Part shown: positions 1-9,124 of the stretch, piece after piece
Layout of the letters: the number at the start of each line of letters is the position of its first letter
Position numbering within the stretch: position 1 is the first letter of the stretch
Assembly: GCA_045594045.1 (NCBI GenBank)
Contig: JAZNXV010000024.1
Location: forward strand, 18,172-82,171
Source: Clostridia bacterium
Lineage (GTDB): Bacteria > Bacillota > Clostridia > Christensenellales > QALW01
DNA: 64,000 nucleotides
Direction of reading: 5' to 3'
Notes under the pieces: model-generated
Database searches by the model: none
Told to the model about the DNA's origin: nothing
What the model saw: only the letters and a program-made list of their open reading frames with translations
Translations under genes and position numbers: made by a program

Positions 1-1285
1 GATAAAGATTTTTAAACTCGGTGAGGTTTCTAACGACGAAATATTTGCCCGTTCTAATCCTACGGGTGACGTTTCTGCTATTGTAACTGACATTATAAAC
101 AACGTTCGCGCTCTTGGCGACAGTGCGTTAAAAGAATACTCTAAAAAATTTGACGGTGCAAATCTTGATTCTTTAGAGGTAACAGATGAAGAAATTGAAG
201 AAGCCTTTTCGCTTGTTGACCAAAAGTTTATTGGCATTTTAAAGGAAGCGGCAGAAAATATCAGGGTTTTTCACTCTGCCCAGAAGAAAAACAGCTTCAT
301 TATTAACGATAAAAAGGGCGTTGTAATCGGTCAAAAGGTATTGCCTATTGAAAAAGTAGGTTTGTACGTGCCCGGCGGTACAGCTGCTTATCCTTCAACC
401 GTTTTAATGGATAGTATTCCTGCAAAAATTGCAGGTTGCAAAGAAATTTGTATTTGCACACCACCCACTAAAGAAGGTAAGGTAAACCCCGTTATTTTAG
501 CCGCCGCAAAAATCGCAGGTGTTGACAGAATATTTAAGGTGGGCGGCGCACAAGCCGTTGCCGCTCTTGCTTACGGTACGGAAACTGTAACGAAGGTTGA
601 TAAAATTGTCGGTCCCGGCAATGCATTCGTTGCTGAGGCAAAAAGACAAGTTTTCGGCCTTGTTGATATTGATATGATTGCAGGACCAAGTGAAATTTTA
701 GTTGTAGCCGATTCTAAAAGCAATGCCGATTACGTTGCCGCTGATTTGCTTTCTCAGGCAGAACACGATAAAAACGCTTCTGCGGTACTTGTGTGCGACA
801 GCTTGGAGTTTGCGGAAAAGGTTTCCGAAAAGATAGAAGAACAGCTTAAAAAGCTTGATAGGGAAGAAATAGCAAGGGCTTCTATTGATAATAACGGCAA
901 GATAATCGTTGCCCAAAATATTGAAGCAGCTATTGATATTGCTAACGAAATTGCCCCTGAACACCTTGAAATATGCCTTGATAATCCTTTTGATTATCTT
1001 GACAGTATAAAGCACGCGGGTAGCGTGTTTATGGGAAGATATTGCCCTGAAGCTTTGGGGGATTATTTTGCAGGACCTAACCACACACTCCCTACAAGCG
1101 GTACTGCCCGCTTTTCAAGTCCCCTTTCAGTTGATGATTTTGTTAAGAAAATGCAGTATTCCTATTACACGCAAGAAGCTCTTTCTCTTGTTGCTGAGGA
1201 TGTTGCGTACTTTGCAAATAAGGAAGGCTTGGGCGCTCATGCTAACAGCGCAATTATCAGATTAAAGGAAAACAGTAATGAGTAA
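1..1285 (+). CDS. hisD: Histidinol dehydrogenase (5' partial; start codon probably straddles window edge)
   Basis: Frame open from position 2 (IKIFKLGEVS...); motifs VGLYVPGGTAAYPSTVLM, DMIAGPSE, LSQAEHD, APEHLE, GPNHTLPTSG. Confidence 0.97.
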   Translation, partial: IKIFKLGEVSNDEIFARSNPTGDVSAIVTDIINNVRALGDSALKEYSKKFDGANLDSLEVTDEEIEEAFSLVDQKFIGILKEAAENIRVFHSAQKKNSFIINDKKGVVIGQKVLPIEKVGLYVPGGTAAYPSTVLMDSIPAKIAGCKEICICTPPTKEGKVNPVILAAAKIAGVDRIFKVGGAQAVAALAYGTETVTKVDKIVGPGNAFVAEAKRQVFGLVDIDMIAGPSEILVVADSKSNADYVAADLLSQAEHDKNASAVLVCDSLEFAEKVSEKIEEQLKKLDREEIARASIDNNGKIIVAQNIEAAIDIANEIAPEHLEICLDNPFDYLDSIKHAGSVFMGRYCPEALGDYFAGPNHTLPTSGTARFSSPLSVDDFVKKMQYSYYTQEALSLVAEDVAYFANKEGLGAHANSAIIRLKENSNE

Positions 1286-2345
1286 ATTTTTAAGTAAAAA
1301 ATATGCTTCGTTAGAAGAATATACACCCGGCGAACAGCCGCAGGACAAAAAATACATTAAACTTAATACAAACGAATCACCCTTTCCGCCTTCTAAAAGC
1401 GTGCTTGATGCGCTGAATAATGAAGCGGTAAGCAAGCTCAATTTGTATTCGGATCCCGAAAGCAAGGCTCTTAAAAACGCCGTTGCCAAGCAGTATGGGG
1501 TAGAGAGCAAAAACGTTTTTATTTCAAATGGCTCTGACGAAATTTTGAATTTTGCTTTTATGTGTTATGGCGATAAAAACGGAGTTGCGTTTGCTGATAT
1601 TACCTATGGCTTCTATAAGGTTTTTGCTGAACTTTATAATTTAAATGCAACAGTTATTCCTCTTGAGGACGATTTTACGATAGACGTAAAAAAATATTTT
1701 AACTTAAACAAGCTTATTGTTATTGCTAACCCCAACGCTCCAACGGGTATTTCTCTTTCGCTGGACGAAATAGAAAGTATTATTAAAACCAATGCTGATA
1801 ACGTTGTTATTATCGACGAAGCATACGTTGATTTTGGCGGTGCTTCTGCAACGGAGCTCATTAAAAAATACGATAATTTGCTTGTAGTGCAAACATTTTC
1901 AAAATCGCGTTCAATGGCAGGCGCAAGATTAGGCTTTGCTTTTGCGAACGAGAACATTATTGCCGATTTAGAAAAAATTAAATTTTCAACTAACCCTTAT
2001 AACGTAAACCGCTTAACTCAGGCGGCAGGTGTTGCGGCTATAGAAGAGCAAAATTATTACGATAATAACTGTAAAACTATCATTTTGAATAGAGAATTTA
2101 CAATTAAGGCTCTCCGCGAACTTGGGTTCTTTGTTCTGGATTCTGATGCGAACTTTATTTTTGCCCGTCACGATTTAATTTCGGGCGAAGAATTATATTT
2201 AACTCTAAAAAAACGCGGAATTTTAATTCGCCATTTTTCAAGCGAGAGGATTAAAGAGTTTAACCGTATTACAATCGGCACCAAGGAGCAGATGGTTGCA
2301 TTTATAGAGGCAGTTAAAAATATTATTAAGGAGAAGAACCTATGA
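1278..2345 (+). CDS. hisC: Histidinol-phosphate aminotransferase
   Basis: KLNTNESP, NPNAPTG, DEAY, PLP lysine motif TFSKSRSMAGARLG; his operon context. Confidence 0.96.
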   Translation: MSKFLSKKYASLEEYTPGEQPQDKKYIKLNTNESPFPPSKSVLDALNNEAVSKLNLYSDPESKALKNAVAKQYGVESKNVFISNGSDEILNFAFMCYGDKNGVAFADITYGFYKVFAELYNLNATVIPLEDDFTIDVKKYFNLNKLIVIANPNAPTGISLSLDEIESIIKTNADNVVIIDEAYVDFGGASATELIKKYDNLLVVQTFSKSRSMAGARLGFAFANENIIADLEKIKFSTNPYNVNRLTQAAGVAAIEEQNYYDNNCKTIILNREFTIKALRELGFFVLDSDANFIFARHDLISGEELYLTLKKRGILIRHFSSERIKEFNRITIGTKEQMVAFIEAVKNIIKEKNL

Positions 2346-2929
2346 GAACTTCTAATATTAAGCGCAAAACAAACGAAACTGATATAGCTCTTTATTTAAA
2401 TCTTGACGGTAGCGGTAACAGCATAATAAATTCGGGCAGTGGCTTTTTTGACCATATGCTTACGCTTTTTGCCCGCCACGGTCAGTTTGACTTAAAGGTT
2501 AATTGCCTCGGAGATAAAGAGGTTGATTATCACCACTCGGTTGAAGATATCGGTATTTGCTTAGGAAAAGCTTTTTCTGATTGCTTGGGTGAAATGCGCG
2601 GTATTAAGCGCTACGGCAGTACAATTCTGCCCATGGATGAAGCTCTTGTTTTAACCGCAGTAGATATTTCCGGCAGAGCACACCTTTCCTTTGATGCATA
2701 TATTCCTTCAAAGCGCGTGGGAACTTTTGATACTGAGCTTGTGCAGGAATTTTTTGAGGCATTTGTTCGTAATGCGAATATAACTTTGCACATAAGAACT
2801 TTAGCAGGTGATAATACTCACCACATTATTGAAGGAATTTTTAAGTCTTTAGGCAGAACTCTTAATGCTGCTACTGAAATTGATGAGAAAAATCCTAACC
2901 AGATTCCTTCCACAAAGGGCGTTTTATAA
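2342..2929 (+). CDS. hisB: Imidazoleglycerol-phosphate dehydratase
   Basis: FFDHML, DYHHSVED, PMDEAL, NTHHIIEGIFK, IPSTKGVL. Confidence 0.97.
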   Translation: MRTSNIKRKTNETDIALYLNLDGSGNSIINSGSGFFDHMLTLFARHGQFDLKVNCLGDKEVDYHHSVEDIGICLGKAFSDCLGEMRGIKRYGSTILPMDEALVLTAVDISGRAHLSFDAYIPSKRVGTFDTELVQEFFEAFVRNANITLHIRTLAGDNTHHIIEGIFKSLGRTLNAATEIDEKNPNQIPSTKGVL

Positions 2930-2938
2930 GGGGTATTT

Positions 2939-3553
2939 ATGATTGCTATTATAGATTATGGCGTAGGAAATTTATTTTCGTTGAAATCTTCTTTTGCTTC
3001 TATTGGCGTTGATGCCATTGTAACAAGCAGTGTAGAAGAAATACAAAAAGCCGAAAAACTTATTTTGCCCGGCGTTGGCGCCTTTGAAGATGCGGCAAAA
3101 AAACTTAGGGCTTCAGGGCTTGATGACGTTTTAAAGGAAGAAGTTAAAAAAGGCAAAGCAGTAATGGGAATTTGCCTTGGTATGCAGCTTTTGTTTGAAA
3201 AAAGCTATGAGTTTGGTGAGCACGAAGGGTTAGGACTTATTCCTGGCAACATTGTTCCTTTTAAAGACAAAATACCTAAAAATCTTCAAATTCCTCATAT
3301 TGGCTGGAATGATTTAAGTATTAAACAAGATACACCGATTTTTAAAAACATCAAAAGCGGAGATTTCGTTTATTTCGTTCATTCTTTTTATGCTGAATGT
3401 GACGAAAAATACGTGATAGCTACTTCCGATTACGGTATTGAGTTTACGGCGTCAGTTCAAAACGGAAACGTTTTTGGATGTCAGTTTCACCCCGAAAAGA
3501 GTGGCGAAGTAGGACTTAATATTTTAAAAGGCTTTTGCCAAATAAACGATTAA
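2939..3553 (+). CDS. hisH: Imidazole glycerol phosphate synthase, glutamine amidotransferase subunit
   Basis: IIDYGVGN, LPGVGAF, GICLGMQ, QFHPEKS. Confidence 0.97.
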   Translation: MIAIIDYGVGNLFSLKSSFASIGVDAIVTSSVEEIQKAEKLILPGVGAFEDAAKKLRASGLDDVLKEEVKKGKAVMGICLGMQLLFEKSYEFGEHEGLGLIPGNIVPFKDKIPKNLQIPHIGWNDLSIKQDTPIFKNIKSGDFVYFVHSFYAECDEKYVIATSDYGIEFTASVQNGNVFGCQFHPEKSGEVGLNILKGFCQIND

Positions 3554-3578
3554 AAAATTTACAAAAGGACACGGATTA

Positions 3579-4301
3579 ATGATAATTTTACCTGCAATTG
3601 ACATATTTAACGGTTGTGCCGTAAGGCTTTATAAGGGCGACTATAATCAGATGACTATCTATAGTGAGCATCCTGAAGAAATTGCCCAAATTTTTGCTTT
3701 AAGCGGTGCAAAACATATCCATATAGTTGACCTTGAAGGCGCAAAAAATGGCGATACACCTAATATTGAAACTATTAAGCACATTGTTTCATCCACTAAC
3801 TTAAAGGCTGAAATAGGCGGCGGAATACGTTCAATGGAGGTTATTGAAAAATACCTTTGCGCAGGTGTTTCAAAGGTGATTTTAGGTACTGCCGCAGTTC
3901 AAAACAGAGATTTTTTGATTGAAGCGGTAAAAAAATATGGCGAACATATTGCAGTAGGCGCTGATATCTTGGACGGCAACGTTGCAATTAAAGGTTGGAC
4001 GGAAAAATCTGCTCTTACTACAGAAGCGTTTTTTGAAGATTTGGAAAAAATAGGTGTTAAAACTGTTATTTGTACGGATATTTCAAAAGACGGCACAATG
4101 CGCGGAGCGAACCGTGAACTTTACAAAGAACTTAATGAAAAATATGATATAGATATTGTGGCTTCAGGCGGAGTAAATTCTCTTGACGATATTATTGCGC
4201 TTAATAAATTGAATCTTTACGGCGCTATAATCGGTAAAGCGTATTACACGGGCGCTATTGATATTGCAAAAGCGGTTGAGGTGGTAGAAAATGTTAACTA
4301 A
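3579..4301 (+). CDS. hisA: ProFAR isomerase
   Basis: IILPAIDI, HIVDLEGA, GGGIRS, TDISKDG, ASGGV. Confidence 0.96.
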   Translation: MIILPAIDIFNGCAVRLYKGDYNQMTIYSEHPEEIAQIFALSGAKHIHIVDLEGAKNGDTPNIETIKHIVSSTNLKAEIGGGIRSMEVIEKYLCAGVSKVILGTAAVQNRDFLIEAVKKYGEHIAVGADILDGNVAIKGWTEKSALTTEAFFEDLEKIGVKTVICTDISKDGTMRGANRELYKELNEKYDIDIVASGGVNSLDDIIALNKLNLYGAIIGKAYYTGAIDIAKAVEVVENVN

Positions 4302-5052
4302 AAGAATAATTCCTTGCCTTGACGTAAAAGACGGCAGAGTAGTTAAGGGCGTTAATTTCCAAGGGCTTGCCGACGTTTCTTCTCCGGTTGAACTTGGTAA
4401 ATTTTATAGCGAAAACGGCGCTGACGAATTAGTATTTTATGATATTACTGCCTCTAGCGACGGGAGAAAAATTTTCACAGATATTTTAAAGGAATGTGCC
4501 GCAAATATTTTTATTCCTTTGACAGTTGGCGGCGGAATAAACACAGTTAATGATTTCGACAGAGTTTTAAAGTGCGGCGCTGATAAAGTAAGCGTAAATT
4601 CGGGTGCAATAAAGAATCCTAACCTTATTAACGAGGCTGCAAAGCTTTACGGAAGCCAATGCGTTGTGTTATCCGTTGATGTAAAGCGTGTTAACGGTGA
4701 ATTTAGAGTTTTTGCCCGTGGCGGTAGAGATGATACAGGAATTGAAGCTATTGATTGGGTTAAACGCGGCTGTGATTTAGGCGCAGGAGAAATAGTTGTA
4801 AATTCTATTGACACTGATGGCGTTAAGGGTGGGTTTGACATCGAAATGCTTGAAAAGGTTTTAAGCGTTGTAAATGTGCCTGTAGTTGCTTCGGGCGGTG
4901 CAGGTTCAAAGAAGCATTTTGTGGAACTGTTTAAAAAAGTGCCTGATATAAGCGCAGGCTTAGCGGCATCGGTATTTCACTTTGGTGAAATCGCTATTGA
5001 TGATTTAAAGAAAGAATTAAAGGAAAATAATATTCAAGTGAGGTTGAAATAA
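4291..5052 (+). CDS. hisF: Imidazole glycerol phosphate synthase cyclase subunit
   Basis: MLTKRIIPCLDV, VVKGVNF, GADELVFYDITAS, ASGGAG. Confidence 0.97.
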   Translation: MLTKRIIPCLDVKDGRVVKGVNFQGLADVSSPVELGKFYSENGADELVFYDITASSDGRKIFTDILKECAANIFIPLTVGGGINTVNDFDRVLKCGADKVSVNSGAIKNPNLINEAAKLYGSQCVVLSVDVKRVNGEFRVFARGGRDDTGIEAIDWVKRGCDLGAGEIVVNSIDTDGVKGGFDIEMLEKVLSVVNVPVVASGGAGSKKHFVELFKKVPDISAGLAASVFHFGEIAIDDLKKELKENNIQVRLK

Positions 5053-5702
5053 TGTTAGATATTAATGCTTTAAATTTTGATGAAAAAGGTCTTATTCCTG
5101 CTATCGTTGTTGATGCATATTCAAAAAAAGTGCTTACACTTGCTTATATGAATAAAGAAAGCCTTGGAATTTCTATGAAAAAAGGTTTAACTTGCTTCTA
5201 TAGCAGAAGCCGCCAGGAATTGTGGCTTAAAGGAGAAACAAGCGGAAACTATCAGCACATTGTTTCAATTACTGCCGATTGCGATAATGATGCTCTTGTT
5301 GTAATGGTCGAAAAGGACGGTCCTGCTTGCCATACAGGTAGCGATTCTTGCTTTACAAAAGACGTTTGGCATAGTGATGAACTTAGTGAGTTCTCAATGG
5401 AAGGATTGTACGAACTTCTGGAAGGCAGAAAAAAAGATATGCCTGAGGGCTCATATACTACTTATCTTTTCTCTAAAGGCAGAGATAAGATTTTGAAAAA
5501 GGTTGGCGAAGAAAGCACGGAGGTCATTATCGGCGGTAAAGCAGACGATAAGGCCGAAACTGTTTATGAAATTGCTGATTTAGCATATCATTTAATGGTT
5601 TTAATGGTGGATATGGGTATTTCCGTAAAAGATATTCAAAAGGAGCTTGCTTCACGCCATATCATTGACCATAAGGTTAAACAGGAGAAAATGACTAAGT
5701 GA
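5052..5702 (+). CDS. hisIE: Bifunctional PR-AMP cyclohydrolase / PR-ATP pyrophosphohydrolase
   Basis: WLKGETSGN, DCDNDAL, ACHTG.SCF, then SYTTYLF, KKVGEE, EIADLAYH. Confidence 0.96.
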   Translation: MLDINALNFDEKGLIPAIVVDAYSKKVLTLAYMNKESLGISMKKGLTCFYSRSRQELWLKGETSGNYQHIVSITADCDNDALVVMVEKDGPACHTGSDSCFTKDVWHSDELSEFSMEGLYELLEGRKKDMPEGSYTTYLFSKGRDKILKKVGEESTEVIIGGKADDKAETVYEIADLAYHLMVLMVDMGISVKDIQKELASRHIIDHKVKQEKMTK

Positions 5703-6523
5703 TTAGAGAGAGTTTTCACGTTCACACAAAGTATTGCGACGGAAAAAATACCCCTGATGAGATAGCAGAACAGGCAGTAAAAATAGGCTTTACACATCTT
5801 GGGTTTTCAGGTCACGCATTTATCGATAACGTGGGAAGCGGTTTAAGCGATGCTTATTGGATGAACAGACAAAACACAACTGAATATATTTCTGACGTTA
5901 ATAAGCTGAAAGACAAATTTTCTGATAAACTTCAAATTTTTTGCGGTGTTGAGCAAGATTTTTTTTCCGTTAAAGATATGGTTGAGTTTGATTATAAAAT
6001 CGGCTCGGTTCATTACGTTTTAAAGGACGGCAACTATCTTGCGGTAGACGAAAACGTTAAGCGGTTTAAAGAGAACGTTGATTTTTATTTCAAAGGAGAT
6101 TTCTACGGTTATGCCAAGGCGTATTATGACTTGGTAGGGGAGATTTTCGAAAGAACGTCTTGCGATATTATCGGTCACTTTGATTTGATAAGCAAATTTT
6201 TTGAAATGTTGGATATTAAAGAGGACGATAAGTATCTTTATATTGCTGAAAATGCGGTTGATGCACTTGTAAAATGTCAAAAACCCTTTGAAATCAATAC
6301 AGGCGCAATAGCACGAGGACACCGCACAACTCCGTATCCTGCAAGGGCTATTTTGGAAATGATAAAGAATAAAGGCGGTAAAATCATTTTTAACAGTGAT
6401 TGCCATAACAAATATTTTCTTGACTGCGGATACAGTATGGCGGAGCAATTAGCTAAAAACGTTGGCTTTACAAAAAGAAGCATTTTAACTAAAAACGGTT
6501 TTTGTGAGTTGGATTTTGATTAA
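5699..6523 (+). CDS. hisK: PHP-family histidinol-phosphatase
   Basis: HVHTKYCDG, GFSGH, IGSVH, GHFD, EINTG, NSDCH; last gene of the his operon, overlapping hisIE. Confidence 0.85.
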   Translation: MIRESFHVHTKYCDGKNTPDEIAEQAVKIGFTHLGFSGHAFIDNVGSGLSDAYWMNRQNTTEYISDVNKLKDKFSDKLQIFCGVEQDFFSVKDMVEFDYKIGSVHYVLKDGNYLAVDENVKRFKENVDFYFKGDFYGYAKAYYDLVGEIFERTSCDIIGHFDLISKFFEMLDIKEDDKYLYIAENAVDALVKCQKPFEINTGAIARGHRTTPYPARAILEMIKNKGGKIIFNSDCHNKYFLDCGYSMAEQLAKNVGFTKRSILTKNGFCELDFD

Positions 6524-6599
6524 ATTCTTGGTCAGCTTTTTTAATTTGTTTTAACGTTAAGATTTTTAAACAGCTTTTATTGTATAATAGGAAATATAA

Positions 6600-7397
6600 A
6601 TGAAGATAATTGACTTTCATACACACGTATATCCCGAAAAGATAGCCCAGCGTGCTACTGAAAACGTAGTTGGATTTTATGATTTAAAAGAGGGCTTAGG
6701 CGGAAAAATAGGAACAAGCAAGGTTTTGCTTGAATGTGGTAGGAATGCAGGGATAGAAAACTACGTAATTTTGCCCGTGGCGCTTAAACCAGAACACGTG
6801 CGCCATGTAAATCAAGGCATTTTAAATGAATTAAGCTTGCATAAAGAGTTTTACGGCTTTGGAACAGTCCACGCGGGAATGGAAAATATTTCAGAGGAAA
6901 TTGAGTTTATTTCGTCAGTAGGCTTAAAGGGAGTAAAAATTCATCCTGACACTCAAAAATTTAATATGGATGATGAAAGGCTTTTTCCTATGTACGACGC
7001 AATACAAGGAAAATTGCCGATACTTATTCACTGCGGAGATCCGCGATACGATTTTTCGCACCCTCGAAGGCTTAAAAGAATAATTGATAATTTTCCAAAG
7101 CTTACCGTAATAGGCGCACATTTAGGCGGTTGGATGCTTTTTGATGAGGCGTTGGCTCTTTTAAAAGACACAAACTGTTATTTTGATATTTCAAGCTCAA
7201 GAATGTTTATGCGCACGGATGGCATTTATAAATATATAAACGCCTATGGTGCTGACAGGCTTCTGTTCGGTAGTGATTTTCCTATTTGGGACCCGCAAAA
7301 AGAAGCAGAGTATTTTTTGTCTTTAAACATTTCTTTTGCTGATAAGGAAAAAATAGGCTATAAAAATGCGCTTTGTATTTTAGGTGAAAAAATATAA
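6600..7397 (+). CDS. Amidohydrolase_2 family metal-dependent hydrolase
   Basis: IIDFHTH, GVKIHP, IHCGD, AHLGG, LFGSDFP. Confidence 0.85.
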   Translation: MKIIDFHTHVYPEKIAQRATENVVGFYDLKEGLGGKIGTSKVLLECGRNAGIENYVILPVALKPEHVRHVNQGILNELSLHKEFYGFGTVHAGMENISEEIEFISSVGLKGVKIHPDTQKFNMDDERLFPMYDAIQGKLPILIHCGDPRYDFSHPRRLKRIIDNFPKLTVIGAHLGGWMLFDEALALLKDTNCYFDISSSRMFMRTDGIYKYINAYGADRLLFGSDFPIWDPQKEAEYFLSLNISFADKEKIGYKNALCILGEKI

Positions 7398-7404
7398 AAA
7401 ATGC

Positions 7405-7433
7405 TTGACAGATATAGTAAAATAGGATAATAT
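7405..7433 (+). promoter_or_regulatory. Sigma-A promoter of Leu T-box unit
   Basis: TTGACA (7405-7410), 17 nt spacer, TAATAT (7428-7433), just upstream of the T-box leader. Confidence 0.75.
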
Positions 7434-7454
7434 GATTTAAAATTAAAAATTAAA

Positions 7455-7710
7455 TGCGGTGAAGATATTAAATGTAAGCTGTCAGCGCTTAAAGAGAGTC
7501 GTTGGTTGGTGCAAAACGATAGGTTGCGCTTATGTTGTCTCGTATCGGAGCAGGGTTTCGGAATTTTAGTAAGAAATCTCGGGCGGTCCCGTAACAGACC
7601 AAGGGTTTGTTAGAACCTATTAAGTGGCTTTTTAATTAAAGCAATTCGGGTGGTACCGTGGTTGAATTTATCAATCATCCCGCAAAGAGTTATTTCTTTG
7701 CGGTTTTTTT
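7455..7710 (+). promoter_or_regulatory. T-box riboswitch, Leu specifier (CUC)
   Basis: GA motifs GGTGAAG / TCGGAGC, AG box AGAGAG, GGTG box, specifier CTC at 7539-7541 followed by a purine, AGTA and CCGTAA stem II elements, T-box GGGTGGTACCGTGG (TGGTACC 7651-7657), terminator CCGCAAAGA..TCTTTGCGG + T run. Confidence 0.9.
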
Positions 7711-7749
7711 GTTTTTACGGACATTTAATTCTATTTAAGGAGTATTTTT

Positions 7750-9123
7750 ATGAAAAAAATCATTGTATCGGACGTTTCATTTTTCGTTGCGGAAGAAATT
7801 AAAAAGGAGCTTACCTTCAGAGAAAAACTGAATATTGCCGCTTGCCTTGATGATTGCGGGGTGGACGTTATCGAACTTCCCGAAGTAACCTGCGATAAAG
7901 AAAGTGCTGTTATTTATAAAACAATAGCATCTACAGTTAAAAAGTGCGGAATTAACGTTTCTGTAAGCAACAGCGAAAATATCGAAGCTTCCTGGAATAT
8001 GATTAAAGATGCAAAAAATCCCAAAATCCAAGTTGTTTTGCCCATTTCTACGGTGCAGATGGAGTATCAGTATCACTTAAAAGCTGCTGTTATGCTTCAA
8101 AAAATCGGCGAGCTTTGTGCAAATGCAAAAAATCTCGGTGCATCGGTTGAATTTGTTGCAAAGGATGCCACAAGAGCTGAAGAAGGCTTTTTGGCAGAGT
8201 GTGCGCTTATTGCCTATGAAAACGGCGCAGAAGCTGTTACTGTTTGTGATGACAGCGGTAGCTTTTTCCCCGAAGATTTTGTTGCAACAGTTCAGGCGAT
8301 TAAAGCAAAGTGCGATATAAAGGTTTACGTTCAGCCTTCAAACGCTTTAAATATGGCGGCGGCTTGTGCAACCGAAGCAGTTAAAGCCGGTGCCGACGGT
8401 GTTAAAACAGCTATATTTGGAAATATGCTTACGGCAGATTCACTTGCTGATATTTTTAGAGCAAAAGGTGATAAGCTTAACGGCAAAATTTCGTTGGACA
8501 GCACAAAAATTCATCACGCATTAAATCAAATGTGTTCGACTTGCGCTGTAGAGGGTGTTGAATCGATTGCAAGTGACGGTAACAGTACGGTTCTTGATAA
8601 CAACAGCACGATTAAGGATATTGCCGTTAATGCCCGTGCTCTTGGATATGAACTTTCCGACGAGGATTGTGGCAAAGTATTTGAAGAATTTAAACGTGTT
8701 TGCGCCAAAAAATCAAGCATTGGCACGAAGGAGCTTGAAGCTATTATTGCAACAAGCGCAATGCAAGTTCCTTCAACTTATCACCTTGTTAGCTACGTAG
8801 TGAATAGCGGTAACATTATTACCGCAACTGCAAATATTGTTTTGGAGCGTGACGGTGAAACATTAAGCGGTGTAAGCACAGGTGACGGCCCTATTGACGC
8901 GGCATTCCACGCTATTGAGCAGATTGTCGGTCATCATTACGAGCTTGATGATTTCCAGATTCAGTCCGTTACAAAGGGAAGAGAGGCTATGGGCTCATCA
9001 CTTATCAGATTGAGAGCATCAGGCAAGCTTTATTCGGGCAACGGAATATCAACGGATATTATCGGTGCTTGTATTCGTGCTTACATAAATGCACTTAACA
9101 AAATTGTTTATGAGGAAAACTAA
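7750..9123 (+). CDS. LeuA (2-isopropylmalate synthase)-like protein with degenerate catalytic barrel and intact leucine-binding regulatory domain
   Basis: LeuA architecture; C-terminal GDGPIDAAFHAI and STDIIGACIRAYINALN conserved; RDGEQ replaced by FVAEE, HxHND replaced by QPSNA. Confidence 0.85.
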   Translation: MKKIIVSDVSFFVAEEIKKELTFREKLNIAACLDDCGVDVIELPEVTCDKESAVIYKTIASTVKKCGINVSVSNSENIEASWNMIKDAKNPKIQVVLPISTVQMEYQYHLKAAVMLQKIGELCANAKNLGASVEFVAKDATRAEEGFLAECALIAYENGAEAVTVCDDSGSFFPEDFVATVQAIKAKCDIKVYVQPSNALNMAAACATEAVKAGADGVKTAIFGNMLTADSLADIFRAKGDKLNGKISLDSTKIHHALNQMCSTCAVEGVESIASDGNSTVLDNNSTIKDIAVNARALGYELSDEDCGKVFEEFKRVCAKKSSIGTKELEAIIATSAMQVPSTYHLVSYVVNSGNIITATANIVLERDGETLSGVSTGDGPIDAAFHAIEQIVGHHYELDDFQIQSVTKGREAMGSSLIRLRASGKLYSGNGISTDIIGACIRAYINALNKIVYEEN

Positions 9124-9124
9124 T

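Noticed and set aside
1-6523. Novelty in the his operon
   Set aside because: Standard clostridial gene set and order; nothing unexplained seen
7750-9123. Calling this gene a functional leuA
   Set aside because: Catalytic DRE and HxH metal-binding motifs are substituted and leuBCD are not adjacent
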